A stretch of DNA of 64,000 nucleotides from Callorhinchus milii (Eukaryota): the NCBI RefSeq assembly GCF_018977255.1, contig NW_024704753.1, positions 7,440,001-7,504,000 of the forward strand. The letters run 5' to 3'. The position numbers and the translations under genes were made by a program. Positions 49,786-62,432 of this stretch are shown piece after piece (the stretch's first letter is position 1; every line of letters begins with the position of its first letter). The notes under the pieces are model-generated. The model was not told the DNA's origin. It was given only the letters and a program-made list of their open reading frames with translations, and made no database searches.

Positions 49786-51650
49786 AAGCGAATATGTTTA
49801 GAAGGGTTTCCATTGCAAATTCAGATTCAGATTATATTCACATGTGCTCCAGACACAGTATTGTGTTTCCAATGTGCAAGAGACTTTTTTTAAGAATACC
49901 TTGTCATTAATACCTGAGTAAGGATTTAATGGTCCTCAGCAGATTATATCATAAAAACTTGAGCTTTGAAAACAAGTTTAATTCAATGAATTAAAACCCA
50001 CAGGACTTGCTGTTGTACCCACACTGCCTCAATCACAAGATACTTCACAAGGCACTTTTAATAGCAGAGACCTGTTTTCAGGGCCGTAAGAACCGTCACA
50101 CCTAACATAATTATTTTGGATTTATTTAGGCAAATAGGTCTGTACATCATTTAAATATATTTTTCTGTTAACACATGAATTAAATTAATACTGCATTCTG
50201 AAAGCAAGCTTGTTACAACAATCCTTCCTAGTGTAAATGCAGAAAAAAGAACTTGCTAACTAAGCTGCAGAGTAGAATTTCATTTGGGAAAGTTTGCCGC
50301 ATTAGCAGCTTTCTATCTTATTGGTCCCTGCAGCACGACAGTATAGATTGTAATTTCTGAGCCTAAGGTCACAATCGATGCTTCAAAATAAAGAGAAATA
50401 AAGATGACCAATTAACCCCTGACAGGAGTTTTATTATAGCTTCTGTAATCCCTTATCATGCCTTTGTGTTACCAAACAGTCTGGTGCTGAGGATTTGCAC
50501 AGCTTAGAGTGTACACTGAAGGAGGCCTAGGGAAAAGGACTGTTTATTCTATTCACAGTCTCCTCACACTACAGAAAGGGAGACTGAGCTAGTGAAGACT
50601 GGGTCGTGAAATACAAATCCCTTTGCTTTTGACTGAACAAGCTGGTAATGTTGTTTGTCTGTGCTGTTGCTTCATTTTGTGAAAGGATTAGGTCGGCCTC
50701 TTTGCCTCTTATTATGGATTATTGCCTGGTGTAAATATTCAGGGACTATCCATATTGTTAAGCTTGAAGTTGTGAAATAATAAGGAAATGCTTACTTGTG
50801 CGGGACTGAATTTGTACTTCTCGTTCTCCTTTATAAAACGCACTTCATCTAAAACTTAAGCCATATGGGAAATAGCCTGGGAAAACCATCCTTCTTGTAA
50901 TTTTAATGGTATGTTGCAAGCTTCCTAAGTAGAAGAGGTCAAAAAGTGGCACTAAGTGTTTAACAGGAAGAGATTTGGAATTGTATAGTGAAGAACTGAT
51001 CTGAAAAACTTTCAGCTTGTTATCTTTCAAGCCCACAAATAAGAAGCATAGGGTGAAAAGCAGGTATTTTTCACTTTCACCTTTTAGCTGCACAAACACT
51101 CTTTTTAACTGAACGAAGATGAGATACAGAATCTCATTGGATGCAGGTTAAACATACGCGTAAAGCTGCTAGTTTATATGCACCAGTACAGCTCTATTAA
51201 GCTGAATATTATTGTGGTTTCAGAAGGCTGTAACATGGTGGCAGTTTAAGAGGAAACACTGGGATGGGATAGGCATCCACAGGGGGAGCTGATGGTTTTG
51301 TGTTAGCACCGTTTCACATCAGAGAATGCTCTTTCAATAGCCAGAAAACAATGAGTTACTTCACAGGCTAAATTCACTCTTAAGTTTCCATGATTTCACC
51401 TTGCTTCCAAAACGACCACACATCGCTTTCACACTGCCAGAAGAACCAAATATAAAACACAAATATAAATTCGCTTGTTGCTGAACAGCATTGTGTCCCT
51501 GTCATCATAAGCATAGTTTGGTACCATTTGTAGAAATTCTGCAAGAGCCCCACATATCCAGCCACAGAAATAGCCACAGAGAATATTGAGCATTCAGTAA
51601 TTATTTACAATGTACCAATCTGTTTGTAAATGTGGTTCTTTGTTGCCCAG

Positions 51651-51752
51651 GCCTGATGGAATAGGAACTGTGACAGTGGAAGAAAAGGAACGTTTTGAGG
51701 AAATCAAGGAGAGACTACGCTTACTCCTTGAGAATCAGATCACTCATTTTAG
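51651..51752 (+). CDS. CADPS: CADPS coding exon, 102 nt
   Basis: ttgcccag / GTAAGT; [33 protein letters not shown](R). Confidence 0.96.
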
Positions 51753-52553
51753 GTAAGTTTAGATGGTGGCTCAAGCTAGATATACATTGCTCAATGCGGG
51801 TAATATGGAGCCATTTGATTTAGCTGGGAATAAATGCAGACCTCAGAATGTCTCCCTCAGAATCAGCCAGTTTGATCTAGTCATCCAGCTTTGTATGTCT
51901 TTCAGAATGGCAACAGTTACCCACTATCCCGCAACAGTTACAAGCTTACCTTTAGATCTAACTCTTTAACCACACTTCTGGTTATCTTTTCCTCCACCCA
52001 TACACATCTCTCAGATTCCCCACCACCACCACCACAGAATGGTGTGTACCTAGGGGTTATTAGAAGATACTAATCTGATCAGGAGGCTTCAATGTTGGCA
52101 ATAAAGGTCAAGTGATTTCTGTCAAAAACCTGAACTTTCAGGAGGTTAATACCCTGAGATCACTCTCATGTCTCTGCTATATTCGAAGATACGTACTATG
52201 CAGCTAAAAGGGGTAAGTTTTGTTCTGGGTTTTATATTTTTCTGAGAGGTGAGCTTTATGTTCATTGTGGAGCTAGCTGCTCCCTGTAGCTGCCAAGGTT
52301 TCTTGCAATTATGTAGATCTTTTAGTTCCAACTGAGTACAATAAGAGTGTTTGAGAAATTGTAAGTGGCTGACCCTTTGGATGCCACATGCCATTATGGG
52401 GTGAAAAATGTAACATGTGGTCACAGCACATTACATATTTCACCTCTTTGTTACAGACTCCCCAGAAAGATCTTGGTATCATTTCAAACATTTATAGGTA
52501 ACTGTGTACTTTTAGGAACAGAGGAATTTTAAACTTGTTAGTATTTCATAGAT

Positions 52554-52961
52554 GTCATCCTAACTCAGTTGGTAGCAATCTTACCTCTGAGTCAGAAGGT
52601 TGTGAGGTCATGTCCCAGGCGAATACTTTGAACTCACATAGTCTGGCTGACACTCCAATGTAGTGGTACAGATGCGCTGCTATTGTTGGAGGTGCCATCT
52701 TTAAGATGTGACATTAAACCAAGATTGTTTAGATGGAGGTTAAAGAGAAGGGAATTTCTCCTGGTGATCTGGCCACAAATCCCCCGGATAAAATTGGTCA
52801 TTCACTTCATCACTGTTTGTGGGGCATTGTGGTTTGCAAATTATCTGTCGCATTTGCCTACAAATATGCAGTCACCACATTTTATACAGTGAAATGCTGT
52901 GAGACATCCTACGGACGTGAAAGGTGCTATATCAAATGCAAGGATTATTATTAATAATAAT
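52554..52961 (+). mobile_element. Old Deu-domain SINE, near full length
   Basis: ctcagttggtagcaatcttacctctgagtcagaaggttgtg head; ggctgacactccaatg core; gacgtgaaaggtgctatatcaaatgcaagg tail. Confidence 0.65.
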
Positions 52962-54073
52962 GATGTATTGTTGCAAGAAGCTGAACAAGTAAATAAAGAA
53001 TCTGTTTTTGTTACCACAGGAAGTGATCCAAAAGCACTTCCTGCGCCAAGCTGGGATGAAGATGGGCAAAACAGCATCCACCTTATGTCTAAAAAATACT
53101 CGGGAATCAGCACTGCAAACACTGACACCAGCAGCTTCACCAGTCAGACTTGACTGTGATATCTTCCTTCAGATTCCTTCATTTGACCATTGGCTTATGC
53201 GCTATTCTGTGCTGTTTCCCCCTAACTGACAGGTATATGCCTCTGGGAACCACTTTTTTTTCCCAGCTGCCTGACTGTGCTTCCCTTCTCTCAACCCAGT
53301 GATTGATGTCATATGGAATAGCTGATAGTTTTTAAGACATACTGAACCTGCATAACATTTTTATTACAGCTCAGGCGCCATTTTACTACTCAGTTATTAT
53401 GATGCATTTCAATTGCCCATCACCTTGCTCAAGTACGTTAGCTCATGAGGAGCGTTAGGCGATTAAATAATGTAATATATAAATGCCCTTTCTCTTCATT
53501 CATGGCAATAAGGTTCACTTCTCCTTCAAATTTTAAGTGAATGCAAGAAGTTAACTATTCATGCACTTTGCTGTTGCTGCCATGGGTAGCCTGAACTTCA
53601 CAGGAGCACTGTAAGATAAACTAAGCTGTGTTGCTGCTTAAATAGGTATTAACACCCAGCTTAAAGAGATGCAATAATAGATACAAAGGCAGACCCCACA
53701 TGCTTTCTTTATAATCCTTGCATTTGGTTTAGCGCCTTATCACGTTGTCGAGACCTTGGGATCTTCAATGTCTACCTAAACAAGCAGATGGGACATTAGT
53801 GTAACGTCTCATCTGACAATGCAGCGCACCCCAGCACTATATACAGGGAGATATAATAAAAGCAAGAATTCTAAGAGTAGCAGATCAAATTTGTACAAGT
53901 TTGTGCAGTTACATTTCACTCTAATATTAGAAACTGGGCGGATTCCAGAGTACCAGCAGCTACTGATTCTGTAATACGCTGCAACAGATTCACATGTTAT
54001 GAGCAATTTTTATTACTATTCTTGCCATTTCTTTTGTTGAAAAAGTAACTAACAAAATCAATTTTGCTGACAG

Positions 54074-54137
54074 ATATTGCTTTCCTTTTGGACGTCCTGA
54101 GGGTGCACTAAAGGCAACCTTGTCCCTCTTGGAAAGG
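54074..54137 (+). CDS. CADPS: CADPS coding exon, 64 nt
   Basis: ctgacag / GTGAGT; [21 protein letters not shown]. Confidence 0.96.
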
Positions 54138-55324
54138 GTGAGTGGTTAACATTTTGCTGAGTAAAGTTCAAAGATCAGCAGCATTGTATGGTTATTGGAT
54201 TCTGCAATTGCTATTGTGTTATTCAAAGTCTTATTTTCCACAAATATAAAATGTATGTGCTGTATATCACAGAAAAGCCTCAGAATTTTTGAAAAAGATA
54301 TGGGAGACATAGGTTACAATAGAAAAATGCTTGGATCAGGAACTAAAACAGTATTAGAATGATGGGAGCAAGAAGATTAAGAGAATAGCCTATTTTCCTA
54401 CACTCTTATATGGGATTAAAATGTAGAGTCAAAGATATTGCATAGCATTGCTAGGTGGCCAGTTAGTGCATAACTACTATCAAATTGCGAAATGGAAGTC
54501 CAGTCAAGGTATGAGGACTGGAATTAGAAATCGTCCCTCCCAATTGAAAAATATATATTTGCAGTGAGATCTTTATGAAGTATTATCACTATATTTGCCT
54601 CCAACTTGTACATGTGTAGTTTGGTAGTTGTGGATTGCTTCCAATGGTCGCTACTTGTCAGACAGGCTCTTCCTCCTCCTCTTCAAATAACACTTATTTG
54701 ATGACGTGCCCACATTATATGAAATAGAATGAATCAGGAAAAAGTATATTTTATTTGGGATGTTGTGACATGTTATGCTTCTGCTAGATGGGACTAATTG
54801 AAGATGAAGTAGCTATGGCCATCATTGGCTGGTGGATATCAATAGTCATGTTAAAAATTACCTACAGATATAAACATTGCGTGACAAATTAACACATGAG
54901 CTGCAGAGCTGCTGTTGCATAATGTGGATGTGGCATCCACTATCTCCTTTGAATGATCACTTACCCCATGGTATATGTCCATTTACCTAATTGAAAAAAA
55001 AATGGTAAATGAGATTAAGTAATGAAGCAATGTCTGCATCTCCACAACTTTCGCAAATCATGAATTTGTTATAACAACTAATGTCAGCAACTTAATTTTC
55101 AAACCTATATATGCAATCCCTGTACTTGGTATGCACGGATTATATAACTGTTTAACAAATATGGATACATGTGAGTAAGAATTCTTCTCTTGTTGCACTG
55201 GATATTCTATGTTCAACTCAGGCAATCCCACAGGGCACCTATTCCAAATGCCCTCTCTCCCTGAGGCTCCTAATGTGGGTTGGGAATGCAGAATCTCAAT
55301 GGGCTTGCTTATTTTAGGACTACT

Positions 55325-55572
55325 TAATAATAATAATAATCCTTGCATTTGATATAGCGCTTTTTCACGTCTTCTAGACATCTCAAAGCGCTTCACAGAA
55401 TAGACTGTAAAGTGAATTGACCGTATATTTGTGGGCGAAACACGGCAGCCAATTGTGTACAGCAGTGTCCCACAAACAGTCATGGATTGAAGTGACAATT
55501 TTTTTTTGAAGGATTCTTATCAGGTGTGTGGAGTAAGGAAACTTGCCCAAGGTTTCACCCTGGTGAGAATCG
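55325..55572 (-). mobile_element. tRNA-headed SINE, head truncated
   Basis: Reverse complement of SINE body and tail. Confidence 0.85.
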
Positions 55573-56669
55573 ATTAAATTGTGTAACAGAGGGTGCTGCA
55601 GTTTACGGACTGAGACCTTGCTAGTTTATAAATTATTCTGTATTCATGTTTTAAAAATAAATTTTAGATGCTAGCCTAAAGATAATTTTAAAAGTGAAGG
55701 CTCTAAGTTTAAAAAATCTCTATTAAATCCAAATCATTCTGCACGGGATGGAGAGAAATAATTCTCCAGAAGTTGGGGGTGTGGGAGGAGAGGTCGGTCC
55801 CAAGCCTGTTGTTAAGGAACATGTTGTTAAGGACACAAAACAACTGCATTTACTATCCTTGTGATAATTATCACATCACATTTTGCATCCCCTCCATTTT
55901 TACAACGTGAGTGTGGGGATAGAGGCAATTTAATTATAACCACTATGTTATACAACAGCTGAATTGTTCACTGCTACGAGCACAAAAAAAACAATTGGAC
56001 ACCCTACAAGGATACCTGCACTTGATTCCCACTCTTAACTGACAGCCGCACTCCAGCTGCCCTTAGGGGACAAATTGCCAGTCTCAGCTCGTGCGAGTAC
56101 AAGCTAGGCAGGATGGCGCCCTTCCCACATTGCTCAAGTGTACCTTCTGGCAGCTGTGCCAAATAGAGTCATTGATAGCATGTGTGGAAATGTCTGTAGG
56201 CTGGGCTGTCCCAACCAACTGGGATGGATAGCATAAATTCAGTTTGGGGGGATAGGGAGAAACTGCAGAGATAAAGTATAAAATATGACAAGTCATCACC
56301 AGTAATGTGATTTTCACAACATTAAGAACTTGCTACTTTAAGATGTTGCAGATTTGCACATTTTCTAAAGTAGCAGCAAAGAACTGGGCAGTGGCTAGAT
56401 AGTCGAGTGAACTGATTCCTTAATTCACTTACTCATGGCACTCATGGAAATGGCATTGCTGTTTGGTTGCGGGGTGGAGAAAAGGAAGAATTAAGTTACT
56501 GAATTAAGTTTCTGCTTACATTATTATAATACAACCAGATAATTTGTGTGATTCAATGCATTATCTTAGTGTACAGCAGTAAAATAAGTATTCTTTTGAT
56601 AAAATGATATTCAATTAGGAATGATACATGCAGAAAAATGACACGCTACCAATTTTCGTGGTTATAAAG

Positions 56670-56793
56670 GTGTTGATGAAGGACATAGTAACTCCGGTTC
56701 CTCAAGAAGAGGTCAAAATTGTCATTCGCAAATGTCTGGAGAAAGCTGCTCTTGTGAATTATACTCGTCTTTCTGAATATGCCAAAATTGAAG
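56670..56793 (+). CDS. CADPS: CADPS coding exon, 124 nt
   Basis: ttataaag / GTAAGT; [41 protein letters not shown]. Confidence 0.95.
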
Positions 56794-59700
56794 GTAAGTA
56801 CAAGAATGTTTTCTTATAAATGCACTTCAGCAAATTAATCTCTTGGAGATGGATGTTTTTGTTAAAAAAAATTGGTTTATAAATAATTCTGTATTCATAT
56901 GCTTTTAGGCCTTCAAGTTCTAAAAGTATTGTGTAGTAATGTGATTGAATTTGAGATCTTCGTGGTGATTCACTACTGCTAAAATATTGTCCTGTGACTT
57001 TATCAATGCTGTTGACTTTCAAGCTTAGTCCCGGGCTGAAACATTTGTAGGGATGGTTTAAGTTTTCCTTTGCTGTAAGTAAACAAATGTCCTTAGAGTG
57101 ATCTAAGAACTGGAACCATAACTGGAACTATAAAATGGCATTGTTGTTGATGGCAGGTAATGGAGACCTTTTGTGTTAATGAACGTTTTTTGTTTGGGAA
57201 ATAATGATATATTGAGAGCAGTGTTTCAACTTGCAATGAACATAGGTTCCAGATGTAATACCTGTACGATGTGAATCACCGCAAGTAATGTGACTTTTAA
57301 CAATCCAGTAGTCTTGATTGAGATATGTGAAGAAAATGTTATTATCGTATCCAAAATCCATAGTACATCACCACTTGAATCAAAATCATTGGAATGCTCC
57401 TGCATTTAAACAATATTTACACATCATCATTTGCAGTTATCAAAAGAAAGTGAAGGTTTTTCTCTATTGCCATCAGAGTTTAAATGGTTTCCAGGACACT
57501 GTTGTATAAATGTTGAGCTTCCATGTCCTGCAAAGGGTTAGAAGAAAGACTCCCTGTGTTACACTTACTGCTACTTGGCGTGATGGCTTCAATTCTAGGA
57601 TGGTCGGAAGGACATATGTTCATGGCTTGATGGTATCCTCTACTGGAGTGCCAGCGATTGACATCACAGAGAACTGCAATGAGAATTTGATTCCTGTTTC
57701 CCCTCTCCCTCATTCCAACTCCATAGATTCCTGATTTCAGCCATGCTCCTGTGGGGCGGTAATGAGAAGAGACCAGGCACCTACTCCACCACTTGCCCAC
57801 ACTTCTTCACAGATCAACCATGCAAGGCAGGCATGACGAATAGTCTGGAGAGACCAAACAAGGGGGCGAGAGACAAAATAGAAACATAGGTAGAACAAAA
57901 ACACGTAGAATCACTTAAACAGTTTCTAATTCAAACCTGTCTAATATCTATACCACAATGATCTACCAAAGCCTCTGTTTAAGACAGATTGTCAATGTTC
58001 TGAGTATTCAAAGATTTTTAACCTTCTGTTTGACAGGTTTTTCTGAATGCTTACACTGTTGATGTGAAGATTGGGAATTTGTAACTTTTTTTCTTCTTTT
58101 AAAGCAAGATAAGATAGTGGCATTTGATCATTGCTGACTGTGCTCTTTACAGACTAATGTACTTTTGATTGATTGATTCACAACTGCCTCTTGAATAATC
58201 GACAATGCTTATAGTTATTTTTAAAGTTGAGCAGAATGATCTCCTCACCCCGATGTGTAAACCATACAGGCCCACTGCTTGTACTGATCATTCACTAGTT
58301 GCATATGTGTTAAAATGAGTAACATGTCTTCATTGTTAGTGAACAGACATGACATATCAGTACCAGTCGTAAACCACAGCGTGTCTTGCAGTGAAGTTCT
58401 TTTTAAGAATAATTTGTCAAGCAATCCGCAGGCAACTACCATTCTACCTTGTTGGAAATACCTCTTGTCCAATGGGATGCTGTGTGGACAACTAGTCTGT
58501 TGTCTAAATATTTTGGCAGACAATAGTGTTCTTCCTTTTTTCTGGGCTTTCCCTTCATGAACATTGTGGACTGGATTCATGGGGTCAGAATTGTTTGGAA
58601 ACAAATAAAGCAAAGGTTACAGGTTAAGAATTGGGCAATAACAGGCATTTTGCAGCAGCTTATCGGAAACAGCGGAAGAGCTTAAGATTTTATTTATTTG
58701 ATATTGAGTTAGGATTTCAAAAGTTTTATTTATTAAAGTCTTGTCAATTATACAAAGCTGTGGATGATGTCCATTAACTAACATCTTTTTATTGTTTGGA
58801 AACATTAGATTCTAGCATAGCGGGTAATATCTGCAGTTGACTTTTAGGCAGAGCTGAGTGCAGTTCTAGAAAGTTTGAGCACATGATAAGTATGTGTAAG
58901 TAAAAATGCATTCAATTCCAGTGTAGATCCCTTAGTATTTGATTATTCACCTTTTGTTCCTCAATTCTTTCTGGTTCTGTTAATGTACCCTCTTCTGTAC
59001 TGTGACTTTTAGGTCTGGGAATACTTTGAAGCAAACAAACTCTTTTTTTCCAGCTCCTTGTTCAGAGAAGTAATCCATTCCTCACTACCTGTTCCTTTCT
59101 GCTTCTCTCCTCCCTTTTTTTATATTGACCTTGTCACTTTTTTATATTCCTAAAAAAGTGGCTGAAGAATCACCCAGTAGCCAGCATGCAGGGATTGTGG
59201 TCTCAGCAAGCCAGCATTCACCAACTGCATGTATCAGGCTTCCTTACATGGGCATAGTCCAGTCTGTGCTTTCATTGAACATCCTCAAACCAGACCTGAA
59301 AGGCGAAAGTTTATCAGTGTGTTCCCTTTGCAATTATTTAATTATTGGTAATACAGAGATTTTATGAACAAATCAAATTGATTGCAGCTAACATCCACTG
59401 ATGTGTATCATTTAGCTTTCAATTAATCGCAATATACTTGATCTGAAGAACCTACTCAAAAGCAGCTCAATAATATAATAATAGTGAACAAACTGTGGAA
59501 ACAGTTGTGAAAGTGTTGAGGACTGTGCCTATGAAGAAATACCTGAGAGTGGTGTAGATACTAAAAGCATCTGCATTTAGTATCTTGGAGCCTAGATCAA
59601 CGAAATTCTGTTTTCCTTTTATTCATTATGTTTTGCCATTAACAGATTACAAAAATCTGAAGCGATTTGTCAGAATCATGGTCACAGGTTCTTTTGTGAC

Positions 59701-59886
59701 TCATGGGCATGCTGAATGGTTAAACCTAAATTACCCACAAATTCAAAATACTTTTTTTCCTGCTGTCCTGTATCCCAAATTACACCAGAGCCTTTTTTCC
59801 TTTCTGACCTAATATAATTTTCCTCTGATCTATGATCTTTTTCCTTCTGACCTAAGCTTCTTGCATGCCCAAATCCTCTTTTATAG

Positions 59887-59955
59887 GGAAAAAGAGAGAA
59901 ATGTATGAGCATCCTGTCTTCTGCTTGGCCTCTCAAGTGATGGATTTAACCATTC
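59887..59955 (+). CDS. CADPS: CADPS cassette exon, 69 nt
   Basis: ctcttttatAG / GTGAGT; phase 1/1; (G)KKREMYEHPVFCLASQVMDLTI(Q), matching a recalled alternative segment of mammalian CAPS1. Confidence 0.9.
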
Positions 59956-60823
59956 GTGAGTACTTACCACCTCCTTTCCGCACTGTCTCTCGCTCTTTCT
60001 GTTGACATGACTTAAAGCCAATCGAAACCAGCCCCTGTGATCAACCCCCTCTTGCACTTTACGTCCCTCCTGTCTTCTTTGTCTGTTGCTTCTGTTTGTG
60101 ATCTCAAGTTGTTTGACTTTCAGCCAGCTGTTTTCGACCTAAACCAGGTTTTTTTTAACATACACTTAGCCCATTGTTTGTGGATAAACTCGAAATATCT
60201 GTAAATTTTTTAAGTTACTCTTATTGTCTGTGACTTGAATGCATTTTTACTTTGCTTCTATGTATTCCTGAGTTGTAAAGCACTTGTGACTGGTACACTG
60301 TACAAAGCCAGGACCCACATAAGCAAACCAATGGTACATAACTGCCATGAGAAATGGGTTGTTTCTTCACTGTGGACAAAGACATTCTGTTAGATCTGTG
60401 TGGATATCTTAACCTTAGTCTGTCGTGTCTGTGACTAATTAAACAAATGTAATCATATACATACATGTTTTCTTTTACATACTTTAACCTTTTTCCAGTT
60501 TTAAGCTCCTGATGGACCATCTGCGTTCTCAATATTTTAGGATTCTGTGATATGCTTCTATCTCGAGCTCATTGCTTGCTTTCATCTCCGAATGTGTAAT
60601 TGCTGACTGTCCATCTCAGTGGTGCACCTGTTGGCCTTTGCTCGGAAGGCTCCTGTAGTAACATTCATTCCCGTTCAGGGTAGTGGGAGGCAATGGGCAA
60701 ATTCTTTGGAGATCATTGGTGCCACACGACTAGGGTGTAGCTTTTGGTTCACTTGCTCATTAATCCTGCATATTTGTCTTGTTTTTCTCTCTTTCTCTCC
60801 TTGTTGCTCTCTCTTTCATATAG

Positions 60824-60841
60824 AGAATCAAAAGGATCCAG
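60824..60841 (+). CDS. CADPS: CADPS 18-nt microexon (ENQKDP)
   Basis: Long CT tract, tttcatatAG|AGAATCAAAAGGATCCAG|GTGAAC; phase 1/1; mammalian CAPS1 recalled as ENQKDA. Confidence 0.88.
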
Positions 60842-61844
60842 GTGAACTATTGTATTCTACATCTTAATGTAGTAGGACTATATCATCAGATTATTTCCGT
60901 CATTTAAAATTACGTTTGAGTAGCCTAGCTCCTTCTGAGGTGCTCTTCAGTTGGCTCAATTAATATTTAATGAGTCTCTGGGGTAGAGACCCTTAAGGAG
61001 TTAATTTGTGCTGTCTGTAGATGGCGTGGAACACAATTAGCATTTATCTAGATTCAGAGATACACGTTCAGCAATCTGAATTGCTTTTGCAAGTTGCATC
61101 ATCTTCAAAGTTTTCATGTGTGGGGGAGTGGAATGCTAATAATGCATATGTATCAATTAAAGTATTTTTAAAGCGCCAAAGTAGCTGTGTCAATTATAGT
61201 GACTTTCAATTTGATATCTGAGATTTACTGATGATAACATAAATGTTATAATGGCCACGCATTAAACAAACAAACTGTTACTGTTGAGATCAGTGGAAGC
61301 ATAAAGTGCATGAACGTTTATAGTTAATGCATCCAACAAATTCATATGTTGCCTCTTAGTATTTAAAAAAAATCCAGTGTTTATGCTGCATGTTTGTTCA
61401 TTTTAACTCTCTTTATCTGAACAATTGTTGAGAACTATAAACTGAAACTTACCTCTGGAGAGGGTACAACTTGCAGCTTCATTTATTTTAATATAGTTCA
61501 CCATTGAATGGATTTATAGTGGACAAATCCTGGTGTAGTTACATGTACAATAAAATGACCCACCTATAGTAGAAAAGCAGTTGCAATAGAGTTTTGTTTC
61601 AGTTATGTTAAATTATACTGATATTAGTTTTTAAGGATATTGTACAGGGTGTATTATAACATCTGAGCCAAGGAAATTGTTTCCACTTAGTGTGGACTTA
61701 GTGTATTGAAATGCCATTTAAAGTAATAAAGTCCTTTTAAGGCCTTTGAATTTTATATTAATGAATTTTATATTAGTTGTATATGATTCTTCATCAGTAT
61801 CTAAAAATTAGATAGGAAACACACTTTTATATCATGGAATTAGC

Positions 61845-62096
61845 GAGATCTCATCTGCCTGTTCAGGTGGGTGTTAAAGATCCTATGACCTTCGAAAAGA
61901 GTAAGGGAGCTTCTCCTGGTGTCCTGGCCAACAATCCCCCAAATAAAAAAATTGGGCAATCACTTCATGGCTGTTTGTGGGACATTGCTGTGTGCATTTT
62001 GCCTGCCATGTTCACCTACAAATACATAGATCCTACACTTCACAGTAAATTCCTGCGAAGTCCTTTGAGATTCAGGATGCTTTCAGGATTATTATT
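61845..62096 (+). mobile_element. Deu-domain SINE 3' half
   Basis: ctgcctgttcaggtgggtgttaaagatcc...ggtgtcctggccaac...ctgtttgtgggacattgctgtgtgc. Confidence 0.6.
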
Positions 62097-62204
62097 TAGT
62101 TACAGACTTCCTGCACATAGTTAAAAGCGCTCTAACCTTCCGGATTCAATAGCTTTATAATTATGACAACCCGTCCCTGCCCCCATGCTTCTCTCGTGTG
62201 GTTC

Positions 62205-62432
62205 AACAACAACCACAAAATTACATTTGTAAAGCACCTTTCATGACTTCCAAAGAGTGGGGGCAAAGAGGTTGAAAGCCCGGCCACCGATGGTAGGGCA
62301 CATCGGGCGGGAGACCTGGAGCAGGCCGGAGGCTGCTGAGTGGAGGGAGCGGACTGGTTGATAGGGGATCAGCAGGTCAGAGATGTAGTAGGGGGCAAAG
62401 CCGTGGAGGGCCTTGAAAGTGAGGACGAGGAT
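62205..62432 (-). mobile_element. L2 3' fragment
   Basis: ILVLTFKALHGFAPYYISDLL..PTIGGRAFNLFAPTLW on - strand. Confidence 0.8.

Noticed and set aside
51277-51290. Third CTCF-like motif (tccacagggggagc)
   Set aside because: Weaker match to the core and no supporting context
14861-60841. Assignment to CADPS2
   Set aside because: [17 protein letters not shown], the GKKREMYEHP cassette and ENQKD match recalled CAPS1 rather than CAPS2
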